Position numbers and translations under genes: made by a program. Source: Pseudomonadota bacterium (GTDB lineage: Bacteria; Pseudomonadota; Alphaproteobacteria; Sphingomonadales; Sphingomonadaceae). Taken from it: a stretch of DNA of 64,000 nt. The stretch is taken from assembly GCA_023445495.1 (NCBI GenBank), contig JAEXLC010000180.1, positions 805 through 64,804 of the forward strand, given 5' to 3'. Under the pieces are notes generated by a model. The model was not told the origin of the DNA and searched no databases. It saw only the letters and a list, made by a program, of their open reading frames with translations. Numbering within the stretch: position 1 is the stretch's first letter; each line of letters begins with the position of its first letter. Below are positions 1 to 8,894 of this stretch, in pieces.

Positions 1-23
1 TTCCAGCGATTAGGTCGGGGCCA

Positions 24-2081
24 ATGCGGCCCGACATTCTCAATCCGCTTTTCGCCGAAGTCACGGCACTCAAGGGCATTGGCGCCGCGCTCGCCAAGCC
101 GCTGGAGCGGCTTGGGCTGGCGCGCGTGGTCGATGTCGCCTTCCATCTGCCGACCGGTTTCATCGATCGGCTCCCGCGCGACGAGCTGATGGCCGCCGAC
201 GTCGGCCGGATCATCGCGATCGAGCTTACCGCGAGCAGTTATCGCTTCGGCAGCAGCCCGCGTTCGCCCGCCCGGGTGCAGGCGGTGGACACGCATGGCA
301 ATTTCGTCAGCCTCGTCTTTTTCGGCGGCAATTCGGGCTGGGCGAAGAAGCTGCTTCCGCTCAACGAGAAGCGCTGGGTCTCGGGCCGGCTCGACCAATA
401 TGGTCAGGAACTGCAGATCGTGCATCCCGAAGTCGTCGTGCCCGAAGAGGCAGAGGGCGGCGGGCGCGAGGCAGTCTATCCCTGTTCAGAGGGCATTACT
501 TCGAAGCGGATCGCGGCGATGGCGGCGCAGGCGATCGAGCGCGCGCCCGACCTGCCCGAGTGGATCGAGCCGAGCCTGAAGGAGCGGCACCAATGGCCGG
601 GCTGGAAGGAAGCGCTGGCGCGCATCCATGCCGATCCTGCCGATGCCAAGGCGCGTGAACGGCTGGCCTATGACGAAGTCTTCGCCAACCAACTCGCATT
701 GATGCTGGTGCGCGGCGAGGCGCGGGCCAAGCGCGGACGCTCGCTGCAGGGCGACGGGCGGCTGCGCGACAAGCTCCAGCTTCCTTACATGCCAACCGGC
801 GCCCAATCGCGGACGATCCGCGAGATCGAAGGCGACATGGCGCAGAGCCAGCCGATGCTCCGCCTGCTCCAGGGCGATGTTGGCGCGGGCAAGACCTTGG
901 TGGCGACGATGGCGCTGCTGATCGCGGCCGAGGCAGGCGCGCAGGGCGCGATGCTGGCGCCGACCGAGATCCTGGCGCGGCAGCATTACGAAAATCTCTC
1001 GCGGATGCTCGCCGGGCTCGATGTGCGGATCGCTATCCTGACCGGGCGCGACAAGGGCAAGGCGCGCGAGGCGACGCTGATGGGGCTGGCGGCCGGCGAG
1101 ATCGACATATTGGTCGGCACGCATGCGATCTTCCAGGCGGGCGTGACCTATCGCGACCTGGGGCTGGTGGTGGTGGACGAGCAGCACCGTTTCGGCGTGG
1201 CTGAGCGGCTGATGCTGCAGGCCAAGGCGCAGGTGCCGCCGCACCTGCTGGTGATGACCGCCACCCCGATCCCGCGCACGCTCCAGCTCGCCTCACACGG
1301 CGAGATGGATGTCAGCCGGCTCGACGAGATGCCGCCGGGGCGCCAGCCGATCCAGACCACGGTGATTTCCGAGGACAAGCTCGACGCGGTGGTGGCCGGT
1401 CTGGGCCGGCATCTGGAGGCGGGCAAGCAGGCCTATTGGGTGTGTCCGCTGGTCGAGGAGAGCGAGAAGACCGATTTGGCTGCGGCCGAGCATCGCGCCG
1501 CGACGCTGACCGCGAAGTTCGGCGCCAAGGTGGGCTTGGTCCATGGCCGGATGAAGGGGCCGGAGAAGGACGCGGTGATGGCGCGCTTCGCCAGTGGCGA
1601 GCTGGGCGTGCTGGTGGCGACCACGGTGATCGAGGTCGGCGTGGACGTGCCCAATGCGACTTTGATCGTGATCGAGGCGGCGGACCGGTTCGGGCTGGCC
1701 CAACTTCACCAGCTGCGCGGGCGCGTCGGGCGGGGCGGGGGGCAGTCGCACTGCATCCTGCTGCGCGGCGACAAGCTCAGCGAGACGTCGCGGGCGCGGC
1801 TGGCGCTGATGCGCGACACGACCGACGGCTTCCTGATCGCCGAGCGTGACCTGGAGCTGCGCGGGGCGGGCGAGATACTCGGCACGCGGCAATCGGGCGA
1901 GCAGACCTTCCGGCTGGCGACGCCCGAGAGCCTGGCGACGCTGATCGCGGCGGCCAATGGCGATGCGCGGCTGCTGGAGGACCAGGACCGGTCGCTGCAG
2001 TCTGCGCGCGGGCAGGCGGCGCGGGTGGCGCTGTACCTGTTCGAGCGCGATGCGGCGGTGAGTTTGTTGCGGGCGGGGTAG
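24..2081 (+). CDS. recG: ATP-dependent DNA helicase RecG
   Basis: 685-aa ORF with superfamily-2 helicase motifs in RecG order: GDVGAGKT, VVDEQHRFG, TATPIPRT, HQLRGRVGRG. N-terminal wedge-like region. Confidence 0.95.
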   Translation: MRPDILNPLFAEVTALKGIGAALAKPLERLGLARVVDVAFHLPTGFIDRLPRDELMAADVGRIIAIELTASSYRFGSSPRSPARVQAVDTHGNFVSLVFFGGNSGWAKKLLPLNEKRWVSGRLDQYGQELQIVHPEVVVPEEAEGGGREAVYPCSEGITSKRIAAMAAQAIERAPDLPEWIEPSLKERHQWPGWKEALARIHADPADAKARERLAYDEVFANQLALMLVRGEARAKRGRSLQGDGRLRDKLQLPYMPTGAQSRTIREIEGDMAQSQPMLRLLQGDVGAGKTLVATMALLIAAEAGAQGAMLAPTEILARQHYENLSRMLAGLDVRIAILTGRDKGKAREATLMGLAAGEIDILVGTHAIFQAGVTYRDLGLVVVDEQHRFGVAERLMLQAKAQVPPHLLVMTATPIPRTLQLASHGEMDVSRLDEMPPGRQPIQTTVISEDKLDAVVAGLGRHLEAGKQAYWVCPLVEESEKTDLAAAEHRAATLTAKFGAKVGLVHGRMKGPEKDAVMARFASGELGVLVATTVIEVGVDVPNATLIVIEAADRFGLAQLHQLRGRVGRGGGQSHCILLRGDKLSETSRARLALMRDTTDGFLIAERDLELRGAGEILGTRQSGEQTFRLATPESLATLIAAANGDARLLEDQDRSLQSARGQAARVALYLFERDAAVSLLRAG

Positions 2082-2129
2082 CTGCCAATCGCCTGCGATC
2101 CCGGCTTTCGCCGGATGACGACTATTCTC

Positions 2130-2462
2130 TTACTTCGCCTTCACCATCACCGAGATCAGCTCGTAATAGCTGGCGAGGTCGATCGCGCGCTCGAACTGGC
2201 AGCCGATGCGGCCGCCCAGCGCCCATCGGACTTCCGCCACCACCGTGCCGGCATGCGGCAGAACCACGCGGATGCGGTCGCCGGTCTGGAACTCGTCGTC
2301 GCAGCGCGCCATCAGGCCGTGCGGCGAGATGTTGACGACGATGAAGTTCAGCTGCTTCGCGTCGGGACCGAAAGCGCGCGCGCGGTAATAGACGTCTTCG
2401 CGTCCTTCCCGCCGGGGCTCCGAATAAGCCAGGTTCGATCCAAAACTCACGCAACGCCCCAT
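2130..2462 (-). CDS. PilZ domain protein (c-di-GMP receptor-like)
   Basis: 110-aa ORF. RREGR (RxxxR) is followed by NISPHG (D/NxSxxG) and a C-terminal beta-barrel-like segment VRWALGGRIGCQF. Confidence 0.8.
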   Translation of the reverse strand: MGRCVSFGSNLAYSEPRREGREDVYYRARAFGPDAKQLNFIVVNISPHGLMARCDDEFQTGDRIRVVLPHAGTVVAEVRWALGGRIGCQFERAIDLASYYELISVMVKAK

Positions 2463-2556
2463 AAACGCTTGAGGTACGTATGCGGTGATACCGTTACCGC
2501 GTGAATCTCATTGCAACGAAGCTGCTTAACACCGACTTATCGGAGCATCCGGAAGG

Positions 2557-3783
2557 TTACGCAGGTACGAGCAGGCCGTGCTTCTTCTTGCCGAAGCTCA
2601 GCTTGACCTGGCTCGTCACGGGAATGTCATAAGCCGGGTCGCTCACTACCTGGTCGTCGACGCGGATCGCGCCCTCGGCGATCTTGCGGCGGGCCTCGCC
2701 CTTCGAGGCGCAGAGTTCCAGCGCGATCAGGGCATCGACCACGTTGATGCTGCCGCCCGCGACCGTGTAGCTCGGCAGCGAGCCGCCGGCCGAGCCTTCC
2801 TCGAACACCTTGCGGGCAGTCTCGGCGGCTTCCTCGGCGGCTTCGCGGCCGCGGCACATCGCGGTGGCTTCGTTGGCGAGGACCTTCTTGGCTTCGTTGA
2901 TCCCGGCGCCTTCGAGTGCTTCGAGGCGGGCGATCTCTTCGAGCGGCAGGTCGGTGAACAGGCGCAGGAAGCGGCCGACGTCGCGGTCGTCGGTGTTGCG
3001 CCAGAACTGCCAGTACTCGAAGGCCGAGAGCTGGTCGTCGTTGAGCCAGACGGCACCCGACATGGTCTTGCCCATCTTGCCGCCGTCTGCCGTGGTGATC
3101 AGCGGGGTGGTGACGCCGTAGACCTCGGTGCCGTCAACGCGGCGGGCAAGCTCGATGCCGTTGACGATGTTGCCCCACTGGTCCGACCCGCCCATCTGCA
3201 GGCGGACATCGGCGCGGCGCGACAGCTCCAGGAAGTCATAGCCCTGGAGGATCATGTAGTTGAACTCGAGGAACGACAGCGACTGCTCGCGATCGAGTCG
3301 CAGCTTGACCGAGTCGAAGCTGAGCATGCGGTTGATCGAGAAATGCCGGCCGATGTCGCGCAGGAAGGGGATGTATTCGAGCTTGTCGAGCCAATCGGCA
3401 TTGTCGACCATCACTGCGTCGGTGGGGCCGTCGCCGAAGGTCAGGAACTTCTCGAACACGGTCTTGATCGAGTCGACATTGGCGCGGATCACCTCGTCGG
3501 TCATCAGCTTGCGCGCCTCGTCCTTGAACGAGGGATCGCCGATCTTGCCGGTGCCGCCGCCCATCAGGACGATGGGCTTGTGGCCGGCCTGCTGGAGGCG
3601 GCGCAGCAGCATGATCTGCACGAGGCTGCCGACGTGCAGCGACGGCGCCGTCGGATCGAAGCCGATATAGCCGGGGACGATCTGCTTCGTCGCAAGGGCG
3701 TCGAGCGCCTCCGGGTCGGTGACCTGGTGGATGTAACCACGTTCGGAGAGCAGGCGGAGCAGATCGGACTTGAATTCGGTCAT
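2557..3783 (-). CDS. tyrS: tyrosine--tRNA ligase
   Basis: Class I aaRS motifs PSLHVGSL (HIGH-like) and KMGKT (KMSKS-like), plus an S4-like C-terminus. Start moved to the in-frame ATG giving MTEFKSDLL; the upstream 26 codons look non-coding. Confidence 0.95.
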   Translation of the reverse strand: MTEFKSDLLRLLSERGYIHQVTDPEALDALATKQIVPGYIGFDPTAPSLHVGSLVQIMLLRRLQQAGHKPIVLMGGGTGKIGDPSFKDEARKLMTDEVIRANVDSIKTVFEKFLTFGDGPTDAVMVDNADWLDKLEYIPFLRDIGRHFSINRMLSFDSVKLRLDREQSLSFLEFNYMILQGYDFLELSRRADVRLQMGGSDQWGNIVNGIELARRVDGTEVYGVTTPLITTADGGKMGKTMSGAVWLNDDQLSAFEYWQFWRNTDDRDVGRFLRLFTDLPLEEIARLEALEGAGINEAKKVLANEATAMCRGREAAEEAAETARKVFEEGSAGGSLPSYTVAGGSINVVDALIALELCASKGEARRKIAEGAIRVDDQVVSDPAYDIPVTSQVKLSFGKKKHGLLVPA

Positions 3784-3817
3784 AGTGCGGGCCGCATAGC
3801 CGAGCGGAGCGGTCCTG

Positions 3818-4165
3818 TCATGCCTTGGGCGTATCGCAGTCCCTGTTGCCCGCATAGGCACTGAGAATCGCAGCGAGGAGGCCGGGGAAGCGGGCGTCGA
3901 CCTCGGTGCAGCGCGTGGTGTTCAGCATCTCGACGCCCTGGCGCTCCGAACGGATCAGCCCGGCGTCGCGCAGCACCTTGAAATGCTGGGAGAGCGACGA
4001 CTTGGGAATGTCGCGCTCGCCGACGCGAGAGAAGGTCGAGCAACCCTGGACGCAGCCCTGGCCGGCGACCTGGGCGAAGATCGCCGCGCGCGTGGGATCG
4101 GACAGCGCGTGGAGAATCGCCTCCACCGACACATCCTTGATCGAAGGGTGAAACAGGGGCCGCAT
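3818..4165 (-). CDS. ArsR/SmtB family transcriptional regulator
   Basis: 115 aa. Winged-HTH pattern [10 protein letters not shown] ... [16 protein letters not shown] typical of ArsR family. Divergent from an SDR gene. Confidence 0.8.
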   Translation of the reverse strand: MRPLFHPSIKDVSVEAILHALSDPTRAAIFAQVAGQGCVQGCSTFSRVGERDIPKSSLSQHFKVLRDAGLIRSERQGVEMLNTTRCTEVDARFPGLLAAILSAYAGNRDCDTPKA

Positions 4166-4270
4166 GATTTTTATCTAGGGGCTCTTGAAGCTTGGTTCAA
4201 CAGTTCCGAAATCCTGAACTATGGGAATAAGGCAGCCATACCGGCGACCTGCCCATGGAGAATTTCAGTC

Positions 4271-5017
4271 ATGTCGAAGCTCGCAGACAAGGTCGCGATC
4301 GTTACCGGGGCATCCAAGGGCATCGGCGCCGGCATCGCCAGGGCGCTGGCGGCGGAAGGTGCCGCGGTGGTGGTCAATTACGCGTCGAGCCGGGCCGGTG
4401 CCGATGCGGTGGTGCGCGACATCACCGACGCCGGCGGCAAGGCGATCGCCGTGCAGGCCGATGTCGCCAAGGCCGACCAGGCGCAGGCGCTGGTAGATGC
4501 CGCGATCAAGGAATTCGGCCGGCTCGACGTGCTGGTCAACAATTCGGGCGTCTATGAATTCGCCTCGCTCGATGCGACGACCGAGGAACTGTACCGCCGT
4601 ACCTTCGACGTGAACGTGCTCGGCGTGCTGCTCACCACCCAGGCGGCGGCGAAGCATCTCGGCGAAGGCGCCAGCGTCATCAACATCTCGTCGGCGGTCA
4701 CGAGCCTCTTCCCGGCCGAATCGGCGGTCTATACCGGCACCAAGGGCGCCGTGGACGCGATCACCGGCGTGCTCGCCAATGAGCTTGGCCCGCGCAAGAT
4801 CCGCGTCAACGCGATCAACCCGGGGGTGGTCGAGACCGAAGGCACGCATGCGGCCGGTTTCGTCGGCTCGGAGTTCTTCGACGCGATCATCGGCCAGACC
4901 CCGCTCGGCCGCGTCGGCTATCCGGACGACATCGCGTCGATCGCCGTATTCCTGGCCTCGGACGACGCACGCTGGCTGACCGGCGAGAAGCTGACCGCCA
5001 GCGGCGGCCTGCGCTGA
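4271..5017 (+). CDS. SDR family oxidoreductase
   Basis: Cofactor motif TGASKGIGAGIA, NNSG, and catalytic YTGTK (YxxxK). Start set at the ATG giving MSKLADKVAIVTG; the 5' part of the 344-aa ORF is antisense to the ArsR gene. Confidence 0.9.
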   Translation: MSKLADKVAIVTGASKGIGAGIARALAAEGAAVVVNYASSRAGADAVVRDITDAGGKAIAVQADVAKADQAQALVDAAIKEFGRLDVLVNNSGVYEFASLDATTEELYRRTFDVNVLGVLLTTQAAAKHLGEGASVINISSAVTSLFPAESAVYTGTKGAVDAITGVLANELGPRKIRVNAINPGVVETEGTHAAGFVGSEFFDAIIGQTPLGRVGYPDDIASIAVFLASDDARWLTGEKLTASGGLR

Positions 5018-5045
5018 GCCAGGGGCGGGATGGGGCGACCCGGCC

Positions 5046-6038
5046 TCATCCCGCAACCCGCTTCGGCACGGATGGCCGCGTCACCATCCAGATGCCGGCA
5101 CAGACCAGCAGCAGCGCCGCGAGATAGCTCCAGTGGAGCAGCGATTCGCCGAGGAAGATCGCGGACAGCGCGACGCCGAATACCGGGATCAGGAAGTTGA
5201 ACGCAGCGATCAGGCCGACGGGATTGTGCTTGAGCAGCAGGCTCCACAGCGCGAAGGCGATGGAGGACAGCAGCGCGAGATAGAGCAGCAGCGAGGCGGC
5301 GGGTAGGCTGGGCGCGGCGATATGGCCGTGGCCACCCAGCCCGACCGTAGTGAGGATCGCGCCGCCGATCCCAAGCTGCCAGCCGGTCATCACCAGCGGA
5401 TCCATATCGCGTGAGATCCGCTTGCCGTAGATCGAGGCGGCGGCGAGGACGAAGGCAGCAATGATGACGAAGCCTTCGCCGAGCAGGCTGAAATCGAAGT
5501 CGAGCCGGCCGTTGCCGCCCAGGTTCACCACCACCACGCCGAGGAAGCCGACCAGGCAGCCCAGCGCCTTGCGGCCGCTCAGCCGGTCATCGGCGTAGAG
5601 GAAATGGGCGATCACCACGCTGAAGAACACGCCCGTTGCGTTCATGATCGAGGATTTCACGCCCGAAGCGTTGGCGAGTCCGACATAGAAGAACACATAT
5701 TGGATGCCGGTCTGGGTGAGGCCGAGCAGCCCGACCTGGCGCCACTGACCCGATGTCAGAGCGAACACGCGCTTGCCGGTCGCCGTCGCGAAGGCGAGCA
5801 GGATCGTACCCGCCAGGACGAAGCGATAGCCGGCAAAGAGCAGCTGCGCGGCAGTGTCCGTCTTGCCGATGCCGAACAGCGCATAGCCGTTCTTGATCGC
5901 GGGATAGGCACTGCCCCACAACACGCAGCAAAGCGTGGCGAGCAGGAAGACACCGGTGCGGGACTGGTAGAAAGGACTGGACACGCGCGGCCCGTAACGC
6001 ATCTTCGCGCGCGTACAAACCGCCACCGGGTTCGCCAT
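5046..6038 (-). CDS. DMT (EamA-like) family transporter
   Basis: About 10 predicted TM helices in two EamA-like halves. The true start may be the internal ATG at 6002 (MRYGP...), because 6038 overlaps the divergent start at 6037. Confidence 0.85.
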   Translation of the reverse strand: MANPVAVCTRAKMRYGPRVSSPFYQSRTGVFLLATLCCVLWGSAYPAIKNGYALFGIGKTDTAAQLLFAGYRFVLAGTILLAFATATGKRVFALTSGQWRQVGLLGLTQTGIQYVFFYVGLANASGVKSSIMNATGVFFSVVIAHFLYADDRLSGRKALGCLVGFLGVVVVNLGGNGRLDFDFSLLGEGFVIIAAFVLAAASIYGKRISRDMDPLVMTGWQLGIGGAILTTVGLGGHGHIAAPSLPAASLLLYLALLSSIAFALWSLLLKHNPVGLIAAFNFLIPVFGVALSAIFLGESLLHWSYLAALLLVCAGIWMVTRPSVPKRVAG

Positions 6039-6573
6039 GCATCTTCGCGTTCCGCTTTACCCGCATCCTGATTTCCCGAGTGCGGTCGATCGCATCGAAG
6101 TGAAGGTAACGCGCTTCGCGCCGCAGCTGCTGGGGTTGCGCTATTTCGTCTTCGGGCCGCTGGGCGAGCTGGTGCTGCCACCCGCCGTGGAGGCGCCGGC
6201 ACGACGGGACGAATTGTGGAAGTCGACCTGCTTCGAAGCTTTCGTGCGCGGGGAGGGCGAGGGGTATCTCGAGCTCAACTTCGCGCCCTCGGGCGACTGG
6301 GCGGCGTACAGCTTCACCGGCTACCGCGAGGGCATGGCCAATGCGCCGGTCGCGAATCCGCGTGGCACCTGGATGTCCGGCGGAGTGATGGCGGCGGAGG
6401 TGGAGTTGCCGCTCGAAGGCCCGTGGCAGCTAGCGATCACCGCGGTGATCGAGGAACGCGACGGGACCAAGTCCTATTGGTCCGCCGAGCATGGTCCGGG
6501 GAATCCGGACTTCCACGCCGAGGCGGGCTTTGTGGTGGCATTGCCGGCCCAGGCGCAGGCAGGGGTACTCTGA
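6037..6573 (+). CDS. hypothetical protein, DOMON/CBM9-like (recalled family, unverified)
   Basis: 178-aa ORF with high third-position GC. The segment YLELNFAPSGDWAAYSF resembles DOMON-like proteins I recall from sphingomonads. Confidence 0.55.
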   Translation: MHLRVPLYPHPDFPSAVDRIEVKVTRFAPQLLGLRYFVFGPLGELVLPPAVEAPARRDELWKSTCFEAFVRGEGEGYLELNFAPSGDWAAYSFTGYREGMANAPVANPRGTWMSGGVMAAEVELPLEGPWQLAITAVIEERDGTKSYWSAEHGPGNPDFHAEAGFVVALPAQAQAGVL

Positions 6574-6679
6574 CCGGGGAGCCCCGTTGCGTTCTCCCTA
6601 TAGGGTAGCAAGCTAAACCGATGCGCGCGGGCGACGATCCGGCTTGCGTCATGCTCGAACTCCCCGCATCCAGCAGCGC

Positions 6680-7876
6680 ATGAAATTCGGCATCGACCGG
6701 CTGCTCGCCGACCCTGAGCTTCGTCGTCCCCTCGAAGGCAAGCGCGTCGCGTTGCTCGCGCATCCCGCCTCGGTGACCGAGGACCTGACGCATTCGCTGG
6801 ACGCGCTCGTTGCGGCCGGGCTCAACGTCTCGGCGGTGTTCGGCCCGCAGCACGGTGTGCGCGGTGACCTGCAGGACAACATGATGGAGTCGCCGGACTA
6901 TACCGACCCGACCTACGGGATGCCGGTGTTCAGCCTCTATGGAGAAGTCCGCCGCCCGACCGGCCAGTCGATGGGCACGTTCGACACGATGCTGATCGAC
7001 CTGCAGGATGTCGGCTGCCGCATCTACACCTTCGTCACCACGCTGCTCTATGTGCTCGAAGCCGCGGCCGAGCATGGCAAGAGCGTGTGGGTGCTCGATC
7101 GCCCCAATCCCGCCGGCCGGCCGGTAGAGGGCACGACGCTGCTGCCCGGTTGGGAGAGCTTTGTCGGCGCGGGGCCGATGCCGATGCGCCACGGCATGAC
7201 GCTGGGCGAGATGGGCCATTGGTTCATCCGGCAGTTCAATCTCGACGTCGATTACCGGGTGATCGAGATGGAAGGCTGGCAGCCCGATGCGGCGCCCGGC
7301 TTCGGCTGGCCGATCGAGCGCCCCTGGATCAATCCGAGCCCCAACGCCGCCAATGTGAACATGGCGCGCGGCTATGCCGGCACGGTGATGCTGGAGGGGA
7401 CGACGCTTTCCGAAGGCCGAGGCACCACGCGCCCGCTCGAGCTGTTCGGCGCGCCGGACATCGATGCGAAGAAGCTGATCGTCGCGATGTACACGCTCGC
7501 GCCGCACTGGCTGGCGGGCTGCACGCTGCGCGACTTCTGGTTCCAGCCGACCTTCCACAAGCATGTGGGGCAGCTCTGCTCGGGCGTGTTCATCCATGCC
7601 GAAGGTGCGGCTTATGACCATCAGGCATTTCGGCCGTGGCGGCTGCAGGCGCTGGGCTTCAAGGCGATCCGCAAGCTCTATGGCGACTATCCGCTGTGGC
7701 GCGACTTCCCGTACGAATATGTCTTCGACAAGCTCGCGATCGACGTGATCAACGGCGGCACCGACCTGCGCGAATGGGTGGACGATGCGGCGGCCGAGCC
7801 GGGCGACCTCGATGCGCGAACGCTGCCTGACGAATCGGCCTGGATCGAGGCGCGGCGGCCGCACCTGCTCTATTGA
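6680..7876 (+). CDS. DUF1343 / exo-beta-N-acetylmuramidase NamZ-like protein
   Basis: N-terminus MKFGIDRLL...KRVALLAHPASV and overall length fit the DUF1343 family. Start placed at the first ATG giving MKFGID. Confidence 0.85.
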   Translation: MKFGIDRLLADPELRRPLEGKRVALLAHPASVTEDLTHSLDALVAAGLNVSAVFGPQHGVRGDLQDNMMESPDYTDPTYGMPVFSLYGEVRRPTGQSMGTFDTMLIDLQDVGCRIYTFVTTLLYVLEAAAEHGKSVWVLDRPNPAGRPVEGTTLLPGWESFVGAGPMPMRHGMTLGEMGHWFIRQFNLDVDYRVIEMEGWQPDAAPGFGWPIERPWINPSPNAANVNMARGYAGTVMLEGTTLSEGRGTTRPLELFGAPDIDAKKLIVAMYTLAPHWLAGCTLRDFWFQPTFHKHVGQLCSGVFIHAEGAAYDHQAFRPWRLQALGFKAIRKLYGDYPLWRDFPYEYVFDKLAIDVINGGTDLREWVDDAAAEPGDLDARTLPDESAWIEARRPHLLY

Positions 7877-7923
7877 GCGGGTTCCGGCGGACGGGAGGGA
7901 GAGCACCGCCCGCCGGAATTCCG

Positions 7924-8532
7924 TCAGGCGTCTGCCAGTTCCGCCTTGGGGATCGCCGGGATCAGCCCGAGCGACAGCGTCTGGCCTTCCGCGCCACCGA
8001 TATAGGCGGTGACGCCGTTGACCTCATATTGCATCGCGAAATACTTGGAGTTCCCATAATCGGGATCGCCGCCAAAGGTCTCGTTGGTGAGGGCGAGCTG
8101 GAAGTTGGTGGTGCCCTGATCGACGATCAGGCCGCCCTGGTTCAGGATCGCCTGGCAGATCGCCGTCACGTCGAAGCCGTTGTTGGACGAGCCATAGATC
8201 GCGCGCTTCACCTGGAAAGGCGTGTTCGCGGACTGCGCCACGCTCGGCTGCGGCGCGGTGTTGAAATAATAGGCCGGATAGCCGGGCGACGGGATCAGAT
8301 CGACCGTCGAATTCTCGACCGCGGCCAGACCGATCGGATTGCCGCTGTTCAGGCCGGTGGCGGTGTACCAGGCCAGGAAATATTTGGTCGCGCCGGAATC
8401 GGGATCGCCGAAGCTGCCATTGTTGACGGCAACGTCGTCATTTCCCCCGGCGACCATGGCCGCCACTTGCGAGGTGACGTCTTCCCCCATGGAATTGGAC
8501 GCGTAGACGGCGAGAAGGATCGAGATGGTCAT
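7924..8532 (-). CDS. hypothetical protein with two tandem beta-domain repeats (GDPxxGxxKYF motif)
   Basis: 202 aa with an internal duplication: DVTSQV..NNGSFGDPDSGATKYFLAWY and DVTAIC..TNETFGGDPDYGNSKYFAMQY. SD-like TGGAGA lies upstream. Confidence 0.75.
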   Translation of the reverse strand: MTISILLAVYASNSMGEDVTSQVAAMVAGGNDDVAVNNGSFGDPDSGATKYFLAWYTATGLNSGNPIGLAAVENSTVDLIPSPGYPAYYFNTAPQPSVAQSANTPFQVKRAIYGSSNNGFDVTAICQAILNQGGLIVDQGTTNFQLALTNETFGGDPDYGNSKYFAMQYEVNGVTAYIGGAEGQTLSLGLIPAIPKAELADA

Positions 8533-8894
8533 CGCAAATCTCCATTTTCGAAAAACGAGGCCGTACTTTGCGCTGATGTGCGGTGAATTGCTTCATTTCG
8601 GACGCAAAATTCCCCAGCGTGGCGTTATGCGCCGCGACTCGAAAGGTTCTAATCAAGCAAATCAGTGAATAGTCTGCGACTTGTCTTGATATGGTTCAAG
8701 TGAATTTGCGTCGCAAATGGCGATTAAATTTGTACGTGACTTGATATTGTAAATTACAATGTAAGAACAATTTTGTTGTATTATAAATTGAATTTGACGC
8801 AATCTTTCGGCGTATATCCGGGCTGAACCGGGGCGCGTTGGCGCAATGGTCTCGGCATTTGCCTCGCACCGGCAATCCGCCTAACCACCGCATC

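Noticed and set aside
4195-4206. GTTC-N4-GTTC in the ArsR/SDR intergenic region, considered as a LexA box.
   Set aside because: The spacing is 4 rather than 7, so it does not fit the alphaproteobacterial SOS consensus. It is more likely part of an ArsR-type operator.
6596-6605. 10-bp palindrome CCCTATAGGG upstream of the NamZ-like gene.
   Set aside because: It is short and isolated, with no second half-site or neighbouring regulator. It is plausibly a chance occurrence.
6437-7906. Long antisense ORFs opposite confidently assigned genes. Examples: 6437-7906, 9438-10919, 11162-12682, 13343-14755, 15332-16783, 17186-18205, 18453-20399, 26859-28181, 33351-35093, 37766-39193, 38760-41171, 44031-45353, 46678-48000, 48844-50538, 53653-55101 and 54806-57499.
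   Set aside because: Their translations are Arg/Gly/Asp/His/Pro-rich low-complexity strings with no family motifs. The opposite strand carries clear homologs with high third-position GC. This is typical shadow-frame behaviour in a genome of about two-thirds GC.
8691-8744. 17-codon micro-ORF (MVQVNLRRKWRLNLYVT) inside the AT-rich region.
   Set aside because: It has no SD and overlaps the first palindrome. A short ORF is expected by chance in AT-rich DNA, so there is no support for translation.
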